Below are positions 54,987 through 64,000 of a stretch of DNA of 64,000 bases, piece by piece. The position numbers were made by a program, and so were the translations under genes. How positions within the stretch are numbered: position 1 is the stretch's first letter; each line of letters opens with the position of its first letter. Below the pieces are notes generated by a model. The model made no database searches. It was not told the DNA's origin and worked only from the letters and a program-made list of their open reading frames with translations. The stretch is from positions 447,482-511,481 of the forward strand of contig JAWQFM010000018.1 of NCBI GenBank assembly GCA_033442325.1. The letters are read 5' to 3'. The DNA comes from Salpingoeca rosetta. Taxonomy: Eukaryota > Protista > Choanoflagellata.

Positions 54987-57900
54987 TCACTCACACAACC
55001 TTGTCATGTCGCACCGCATGACCGTGTCATCCCGGGTGCCAAGAAACATGCTGTCTTCAACACACGAGGGCGTGCCAAACACATGGCTGCCAAACTGGCA
55101 CACAGAACGGCTGCAACCACGCTTGCCATCCCTTTGGCCCAGCTCCTCCCTAAACAGCGGCAGCAAGAACAAGTGCCCGTCTGTCGTCACGACGGCAACT
55201 TGGGCCACATCATCATCACCATCATCATCTCCACTGGGATAAACGATCGTGGCGTTGGCGGTGATGCTGTGCTCGCCAACAGCACGCCGCCACAGCACAT
55301 CCCCGTGGCCACTGAGCGCAACGACTGCCCCAGCTTTGGTGCACACGATGATGAGCCACTGGCCGGTGGTGGTCACCGCACTCGCGCGACAATTGCCGTG
55401 TTCGTCTCTGTCTCTTGAGGGCACGGGTGCTGGTGCTGTGGATGTGTCCGGGTCTTCACGGGAAGATGAAGATGAGCGCAGCGGCATAACAACAGCGGCG
55501 AGGGGCGCGGCAAAGACGTCTGCGTCCGCATTGAAGCGCCACAGCAACTGTCCTTGCACAGCATGCATGCACATCACCACCCCGTTCACCAGGCAGATGA
55601 GCACATGCGGCGGGCTGCTTCCCGCTTGTGCCAGCGCAACCGGTGCAGCGAATATGGGGTGGGTGGCCTCGTGTCTCCAAAGCAGATGCTCCAGCATTGT
55701 GCAGGTCCTGCCATCTCCGCCAGCTCCAGGTTTCCCATCGCCCTCGTAGTCATACTGAAAGCACGTCACGTGACCCCGCAGCGATGCTGTGATGCACAGC
55801 GTCATTGTTCCTCGCCTGCTACTGCTGCTGGTACTGGTACTGGTGGTGGTGGTGGTGACAGGAGAAGACCCGTGTCGTGGACTGCTTGCTTGTTTGCGCA
55901 ACATGGCTGCTGCTTCTTCTTCGATGACGGCTGTGTCCATGTGAGTGCGTTCATAATCCCTCTCCCCCTCCTCGCCCGGTGCTTGCAAGCATCTGAGCAA
56001 GCACGGCGGGGCGGCGAGGGGACCACCTTGAGTGGTTGGCGCTGGATGGCGGCATGCAAAGCACGTGCGGCGGTTGGGATCAAGTGCATACAGGCGCCCG
56101 TCATAGCACGCGACGAAGAAGAGGCGGGACCCCAGATCGTAGCGGATGGGCGATCGAACTGCATCAGGGAGCGCCGTGGAAAACCAGCGCTCGCCCGTGA
56201 CGGCGCCATAGACGCGCACCTCCCCAGTGTAGCAGCCCACCGCCACGAACCGCCCGCATGAGGAAATGCACGCCGTGGATTCAATGCGCCCGTCAAAGGT
56301 GTCCTTCCACAGCACGGCACCGGACGCTGCGTCCAGGCACGCGAAGATGCCGGCGTGGCTGCCAATGTACACGCGGCGCTGCGGATGTGCGCCCGTCTCA
56401 TCGTCATCGCACACGTGCAGGGTTGGGCTTGCATCCACACACGCACCCATGTCCTGCGTCCACCGCACATGGCACGAACAAGCAGCTGGCGACGTGGCCG
56501 GGTCAGCGACAATGTCAGCCGCGGTGTGGGTCTGTGTCTGGGTGGGTGTGGGAGGGTGCCTGGCTCTGGTTCTCACCACAGTCACGTTCTCGCAGGCCCA
56601 AACGCCTTGATTTGCTGTGTTGTGGGCGCCCTGGTTGTCATCATCATGTGTGGTGGGTGCAGTGCGAGCGTGCCACACGCGGGATATGACACGTCCAGGC
56701 GGCAGTGACGGTGGGAGCGGTGACAACACCACTGACGCTGCTGGTGTTGTGTCTGCTGGTGTGCTGTCTGTTGGTGCCGTGTGTTTTGATGTGGTATTGT
56801 TGAGTGCAGTCGCACGACCTCGTTGCATCTTGGCTTGCTTGGGTGGTGGTGGTGAATCCAACACCAATGCTGCCTCAGTTCGTTGTTGTTGCTGTTGTTG
56901 GCGCTTGGTGCTGGAGGATGCAGCCACATGGTCAGCACTCCGCGTCACATCCGATCGACTGCCAGCACCGCGGTGGTCAGCAGGCGTCGCCATGGCAAGC
57001 AGTTTGTGGGCGCACGCGTCCAGGGTGTCGTTCATGAGGGAGTGCAGCATGGCCGTGTACACAACACCGGGTACGGCCTCCAGTTGTCTGCACACATCCG
57101 CAGCCGCGAGCGAGTCTCCACCAGCGCTTGCAAACGACACTGCACCCCAGCCGGCCACCAGCGGCGATGGAACGCACACGCCCGCTGCTTCCATCGCACA
57201 CTGCAACACCTCCTTCGCTCGCAATAGCGTCCACGACTGCAATGTGTGTGTATGTGTGAGAGTGTATGTGTGTGTGTGGTGAGTGAGATTATGTGCACGA
57301 CATGATCAGCACCCTTGCTCTATCAAGACACCAAAGCACCCTTGTTTGACTCACATGATGGGCAGCTGCGTGCTTGTGTGTAGCCATGTTCTTCTCCACG
57401 AGCGATGCGTAGTGGCGCTGACACAGCTGGAATCCACAAGCAGCACGCGTGCATGTGAGACTTGCGAGAGATGGCCGTAATCTCTGCAATCGACAGTCCC
57501 ACACGTGAGGTCATCATGGATAAATATGAAGGAGAAACGCGTCATCATTGCACCTTGCCGTGGGAGGTGGTTGTCAGCGTTGGTGTTGTTACAATGGCAT
57601 CAACATCGACACCAAAGGTCTCTCGCAAGCGGCGGTTGAGCGCAGACAGGGCTGTTCATGTGTTCATGTGTGTGTGCGAGCGTGAAGGGGGAGATGGATG
57701 AGAAGCAGCTGGGCGATGAAATGGAAACAACGACGTACGTTAGTTTGGCGCAGATACACACACACACACACCTGCGTCCGTGACAACGTGTTCGTTCGAT
57801 GCCGCTGCTATCGCTGTCGCTGCTGCTGAGTGCGGTGCTTCGGTGCCGGTGGCGCAGACACCAACAAGCCGATGCCTGCAAGCAACGCTGCCTGCAGTCT

Positions 57901-58291
57901 GGTAACGGAGGCAGGCGGCATGGCGCGTGTTGGGCCAGTGCACCTTCAGCCATCGCGCTACCGCGTCCAGCCACACCCGCTTCCCTCGCACTTTCACCTT
58001 GCGTGCAGGAACGTGTTCATGTGCACAGATGCGTGTGCGTGTGTGTGTGTGAGTCATCATGTGCACAGGCGTGTGCGTGTGCGTGTAAGGTCCAGGATTC
58101 AGCGGGAAAGAGTGTACTCACACGATACTTGTCAGAGGAGAACTGATATAAACCGCCGGACCTTCCTTTTGTTTGCTGCGGCGTTACAGTATATGCCCCA
58201 ATATGGCCAGTTACGTCTTTTTGTGCCTGGATCAGTGTATGTGGAACCAAATTGGCTTCGCCCGCTCTTCGCAATACATTCGTATGTTCTA

Positions 58292-58354
<63 letters not shown>

Positions 58355-58969
58355 TCATCATGTGCACAGGCGTGTGCGTGTGCTTGTGCGAGTCATGTGC
58401 ATGGCACAAACAGTCACACGTCACGTCCAGATCTTCAGCCACCAACCGTAACACCCCTCATCCCCACTCCTCGCTGACCATATCATCGCTGCGGCCCAAG
58501 ATTTGGAAGAACGGTCGGGTTGTCCTCGCAGCGGCGAGGAGGCGGCGCAGCAGCTCGGCATCAGCGACACGCGCGCACACGTCGCCCGTCGACCACAACC
58601 TGCAATGCAACCGTACGCACGTGTGTGTGTGCATGTGTGTGTGTGTGAATGTGTGTGAATGTGTGTGAATGTGTGGGTTGGAGAAGGGATGTGCACAGAA
58701 GGTAGCGTGTGGGGTGGCTTGGGGTCGTACATTGCATACTTGACTATGTGTGCAGTGTACCCGTGATGCGTTGATGGTGGTGTGTTGTTGTTGTTGTTGT
58801 TGTTATCACTGACGAGACAGCTGCGGTATTCACCGCCTACAAACAGGACGCCCTTATCGTTCAACTGGAAGCACACACAATCACATGTGGACAACAGATG
58901 TGCTCAAGTCAACTCTGAAAGTGCGTCGCGTGGGGAGAGCACGGATCCATGCGCTTGCAAGGACACAAT

Positions 58970-59054
<85 letters not shown>

Positions 59055-60188
59055 GCACCTGTGTTTTGACGCTGGGGAGAGGAAAGCCGATTGGCAGGGC
59101 CGTGTTGATTGAAATGCACCTCTCAACAACAGGCCTGGTCACAGGGCACAACAACTGCCACACCGCACGCTCTGTACGTGTCGTATGTGTGTGTGTGTTG
59201 AACGTAATGTAAGCCCGTGTTAGAACACGTATCATGTGATGTTCATACACAGGCACAAATACACACAACACACACACACACACACAACACACACACATAT
59301 ATGCGCACACCTGTGATGCCGTAGATGTTCCAGAGGCGGCAGCGGTGCGACCAGTTCCAGGCCGGGAGGAGCGCGGTGGGCGATGGGAACATTTCTCCAC
59401 CAACAAAGAGATGGCGCAGGTGACAGGAAGGAGGCGGAAATGCACTCGTGCCGTCGCCGACAGCTGGCGCTGCTGGTGTGGATTGTGATTGCAACAGCCT
59501 GCACGAAAGAGGGAATGACGGTGATGTGGACCATGTGATCATGTGATCATGTGATCGTGTGGGTGTGACTGTGTGAGGGATGAATTGCACAGTGTGGTGG
59601 ATGTGTGGAAGCTTGGCTAGCTGGTGCCATGTGACATTTGATTTTGCCTGTTGCGATGGCACGTGTCAGTTGTCAGCGAGCACATGCACAGTGCTGTGTC
59701 CAGCATCGATTGGAACTGACTCTGTGAAGACGGTGGTGACCATGCACGCGTATGTGACGCGCAGAGCAGTGAACGCCTCCAGCAGCAAGTCACCGGCCAT
59801 CTGAAGACGTGAAGTGCGGGCGGTGCTGTTCTGCTTTGAGCGCAAGACTGTTGCAAGAACACATATGTTTACACGCACACACACACACACGTACACACAC
59901 ACGTACACACACACACACACACGCACAGACACACACACTCACTCACGTCAGCACAATGTGCAGGGCCGCGCGTCTCGCTGCCGACTCACGGGGATGGAGG
60001 GGTGGAGGAGGACGAGGGAGGCGCCGGTGCGGAGCGCAAGGAAGACGTCCAGCACGTGGGGGTCAAACGTGGGCGGTGACATGACAGCAATGACATCGTC
60101 CGAGCTCAATTCTGGCCATAGCAAGTGTTTGGTGCAGGTGATCGCAATGAAAACACAGTGATGGAGCCAGCACAAGATGTTGTCAGAT

Positions 60189-60219
<31 letters not shown>

Positions 60220-60224
60220 CACAA

Positions 60225-60257
<33 letters not shown>

Positions 60258-61273
60258 TACACATGTGCTCACCAGCGTATTGTTGAATGTCGTTTATGAC
60301 TGTGGCGATGGTGGTGTATGTTCCAGAGACGGTCTTTGGAGCGCCGCTTGTGCCTGATGTGGGCACGCGATATAAATACGGTTCAGGCTGGTGTTGAGTT
60401 GGCTCGGACCGAGCTGGGCGATAGAGGTGCAATATTGCGGTGATGCTGGACATGTGTTGTTGAGGGGGCGAAGACGGCTGTGGCATGTCTGCACCAGCTG
60501 GGTGTACCTCCTCCGCCACCAGCGTCACTGTTCCAAACAAGTCATCTCGATGACTCGGGGCATCGGTCACGTACACGGCCGTGTCGTGCGCTTCATCCTG
60601 CTTTGCTGCGCTGAACGTACACCCAGCTTCGCGACACCTTTTTGGGTGGGTTGGACGACACAAGCCACACGTGAGTGATGCGATGCGGCTGTGGAAGCTG
60701 ATCATGGAAGCCGGTTGTGAAAGTCGGTGATGAATGCTCCTTTTCCTTACACGCACCCGCGAAAGCAGGCAAAACACACGCACAAAGCCACACAAGTGCA
60801 CACACACGCTGTATTGGCTTGGGGAGTTGAACTCACGAAGCGAGGAGAATTGGAGCACACCAGTATGGTGCGGCGTGTGTACACACAACGGACCCAGCCA
60901 CTTGATTCAGAAGTGCAGCGACCTAGAGTACAGTTGGAACATGAGTGTACGTACATTCATGAGGTTGAGGTTGCAGCAAGCACGCACGCAACTTCTTGAC
61001 ACACAAACACGCACACACACACATGCACACACATACACACGCACACACACACATGCACACGCTTGTTCGCACCTCAGCGATGGCTGTGGCGACTGCTGAA
61101 GGTGATATGCAGTAGTACTGCAACATCCTTTCAACCACACTCACGGGTGCACTCACGAATGCACGCATAGGTGCTTCGGGGCTGACATCAGCCGTTGCAT
61201 CCTCAACGTCAACACGACGACCACCCCGCTCCACAACCCACAAGCACGACTCAAGATTGACTGAGCTGGTCAT
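54987..61273 (-). CDS. AASDH: AASDH/ACSF4-like NRPS-type enzyme (adenylation - carrier - PQQ-like beta-propeller); start uncertain
   Basis: PTSGTSGAPK, PTFDPHVLDVFLAL, LFVGGE, WNIYGIT, PIGFP, GVLFVGG. Carrier GGDSL (~57115). WTQDMGACVDASP..VYIGSHAG..GRIESTA..VGCY..VFGTP. Confidence 0.88.
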
Positions 61274-61373
61274 CACGTTCCGCCGTCATGCTGAAATCTG
61301 TATGATAATGTCCACAAATCTTCCACAATCGCACCAAACCAAAACAGCCAACGAAAGAAAGAAAGCAAGTTCG

Positions 61374-61625
61374 ATGGCTGAGCGGGTTGTGGCTGAGGTG
61401 GTGGCAGACGCCCTTGCAAGCAGTGAAGGATCGGTGGCAGCAGCGGACGATGAGGGCGAGGTACCACTGGTCAACATCCACGCAGGAGACGAGCGAGCAA
61501 GGAGGGAGCAGGCTCGCCAGCGGGTGCTGGGCATGCTTGGCGAGGACTTTTTGCCAGTCGCACAGTTTGCACCAACTAAGTCAACCACACATTTCCCTCA
61601 CTCGATGCAACACCGCGAGCCTTGA
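61374..61625 (+). CDS. Small hypothetical protein (83 aa)
   Basis: ATG after an A-rich leader, non-repetitive ORF, divergent from AASDH. No motif recognised. Confidence 0.35.
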   Translation: MAERVVAEVVADALASSEGSVAAADDEGEVPLVNIHAGDERARREQARQRVLGMLGEDFLPVAQFAPTKSTTHFPHSMQHREP

Positions 61626-61864
61626 GCTTCGTCACCAGTCGTCTTGTTGCTGTGCGTATTTGGGGGTTGTATTGTATGATGTGTACGGAGGCTGGATGGG
61701 CTTGAGCGGAAGACACGAAGCAAGCCTGTTGGTTTGCAAGCCAGCGCAGCCAGCAAAGAAATAAAATTGGTGCATGGGATGTGATTACATCACGAGGATG
61801 GCATGTGTATGCGTATGTGAGCGAGGAGTGGCTGTGTGCAGCATGCTCGTGTGCGTTCTGGTGT

Positions 61865-63892
61865 TTACTGGAGCTCCTTGGGGAGGGCCTTGCCGGCAGC
61901 GAGGGCTTTCTCAGCCTCGATGAGGACGTTCACGCCATCAATCATTGTCTGCACAAGGGCAACCTGCAATGTGGCGGTCCAAGCGTGGTTTCAGGCGAGA
62001 AAATGAGTAAGTGAGTGTGTGAGTGTGAGTGTGTGAGTGTGAGTGTGAGTGTGTGAGTGTGAGTGTGAGTGTGTGAGCGTGCGGGGGTGGAAGGTGTCAG
62101 TGTGAGTGTGAGGGTGACGGCGTGCTGAGTGAGCATCAGCATCAGCGTCAAGCCATTGGGCGGCGTGAGTGTACGTACCTCGGACTTGCCGAGACGCTCC
62201 TTGTTGGAGATGTCGTAGATGCCGCCAGTGCTCTCGCTGTGCTCGCCGTGAATGCCACGCGGCTGCAGGAGATGGAGGAGGAGGAGGAGGAGGTGAACAG
62301 TAGTCGTGGGCGGTGGTGTGAAGCCGGGGAAGGTGAGGATTGGTGAGTGAACAGCGGCTGGGGATATAAGGGGGGGGGGAGGCGGCACACACAAGCAAGA
62401 CACAGGAACAGAGACAGACACACAGCCACAGAAACACAACCCTACAACACACGCAACACAGCACACCCACACACGTTGGCATGCCTGCGTACCTGGAGGC
62501 GGAGCTTCTCGCACCACTGCTTGAAGTCGGGGTGCTTGCCAACGTTGGGGATCTTCACGTGGACAGATGCGCGCATGCCCGTGCCGCAGTTGGTGGGGCA
62601 GCTGATGGTGGTGATGACGATAACAGTGATGTAGCAAGTGAGGGGGTGAGGAGAGAGAGAGAGTAAAGAGTGGGTGGAAGTCTGCATGAATGTGAGGAAA
62701 AACAACAACCGAGTTGGTACGCAGGACGACGCCAACGACGAACCAACACCAGTTGGGTCATCGGGTACCTGTGGATGTATCCGAGGTGGTCGTTGTGTGC
62801 AAACTCGCGTCCGGCGGCCTTCACCTGCTTCTCAATTGCGTCAATACCGCGAGCAAGGCGCTCAAACACCTGCATACATGCACCAGAGGCAGTGGTGACG
62901 TGAGTATGTGTGTGCGATGTGTGTGTGTGCGATGTTGTGTGCGATGTTGTGTGTGTGTGTGTGTGTGCGTGTGTGTGTGCGTGTGTGTGTGCGATGTGTG
63001 TGACGTGCGATATATGTGTGTGGGTGTGATGTGATGGCGTGAGCGTGTGGAGGCATGAGGCAAAGACATGAAGAAAATCATCATGCAGGATTGCCGACCT
63101 GCTTTGCGTCGCCGCCCTTCTGCATGGAGATGATGCGCATCTGGTCCTCCTCATTCACCCACACAAGGAACGTCTTCTCGTTGTTGTGGAAGATGCCACG
63201 GGACTCGGGCCAGTCGCCTGAAATGCGGTGGTTTGAAGTGGTTTGAAGCGGTTTGAAGTGGTATGTGGTGAGGGGGGAGAAGGCGAATGCGCGTGAAGAC
63301 ACATCACAACTACAAACAGCAATGATGCTAGGTACTGAGTGGCACGAGAAACGCACACACACACACACAAACACACGCGCGCGCGCGCCGCAGGGTATAC
63401 AACGTACGGTTGGCGCCGGCAGACTCGAGGAAGCGGTCGCCCTTCTTGAAGAGGAAATGATCGGCAACGAGCTGCTTGCGGTCCGCCTCAGACATGCCAT
63501 CAAGCGGGTAGTACCTGCATAGATGGGGATGAAGAAGGCGAACAGATGGGATGGGGTGTATGGTGGAATGTAAGAGAACGGTGTGAGATGAGGGTGGATG
63601 AAAAGAGCCGCGCACACAAAACAATCAAAACAAAACGTTGGGCCACTGCATCAGTGGCGCACGCAACAACAGACGCCACAAACACCGCCACCAGCAACAA
63701 CAGGGGGGGGGGTACGTACTTGCCGGCGAGGTCGCCCTCGAGCTGCGAGACGGCGCCGGTGACGAGGCGCTCCACCTCCCTGCGCTGCGCACGCGTGCAG
63801 CCGGGGGACAGGCCCAGCCCGCGGATGTTGCGGCCAACGCGGATGCGCGTGGACAGCACGTACTCGCCCTTGGGGTCAATCGTGCCCGCAAG
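61865..63892 (-). CDS. Phosphagen kinase (arginine kinase-like), 5' part beyond the window end
   Basis: [83 protein letters not shown]. Confidence 0.93.
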
Positions 63893-63945
63893 CTAAGAGG
63901 GGTTGGAACGGGGAGGGGGTAGTGTGTGAGTGAGTGTGAGTGTGA

Positions 63946-64000
<55 letters not shown>

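Noticed and set aside
58045-58385. Repeated gtgagtcatcatgtgcacaggcgtgtgcgtgtgc in two AASDH introns
   Set aside because: A short local duplication next to microsatellites, with no terminal repeats or target-site duplication to suggest a mobile element.

Overview
Eukaryotic, intron-dense, GC-rich genomic DNA. Introns are GT-AG and packed with (TG)n/(CA)n microsatellites, and there are two 100-N gaps. The style and gene content suggest a choanoflagellate such as Salpingoeca (inference). Most ORF-track entries (poly-HT/poly-CV) are microsatellite artefacts. Spliced genes reconstructed by hand, in order: a frameshifted vanin exon copy; ankyrin-repeat protein A (+); vanin/pantetheinase (-), head-to-head with a ~15.5 kb vault-PARP/PARP4-like gene (+); ankyrin paralog B (-); DUSP19-like phosphatase; GH38 alpha-mannosidase, with a duplicated exon flanking a foreign IQ-motif exon; FKRP; an intronless orphan ORF; an LRR-ROC-COR (ROCO) gene whose LRRs are encoded one per 84-nt exon in a ~285-bp tandem array; AASDH/ACSF4 (-); and a 5'-truncated phosphagen (arginine) kinase (-). 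The main discovery candidate is the PARP4-like protein. Besides BRCT-WGR-PARP(HYE)-VIT-vWA-MVP-binding modules, it carries in-frame insertions: a 2H phosphoesterase domain, a 14-3-3-like segment, a near-perfect copy of actin residues ~1-71 (including the D-loop), polyproline tracts and a WH2-C-A (Arp2/3-activator-like) module. The second candidate is the exon-shuffling-competent ROCO LRR array, with a SAM-like insertion in its GTPase domain. Domain calls come from remembered motifs, not database searches.
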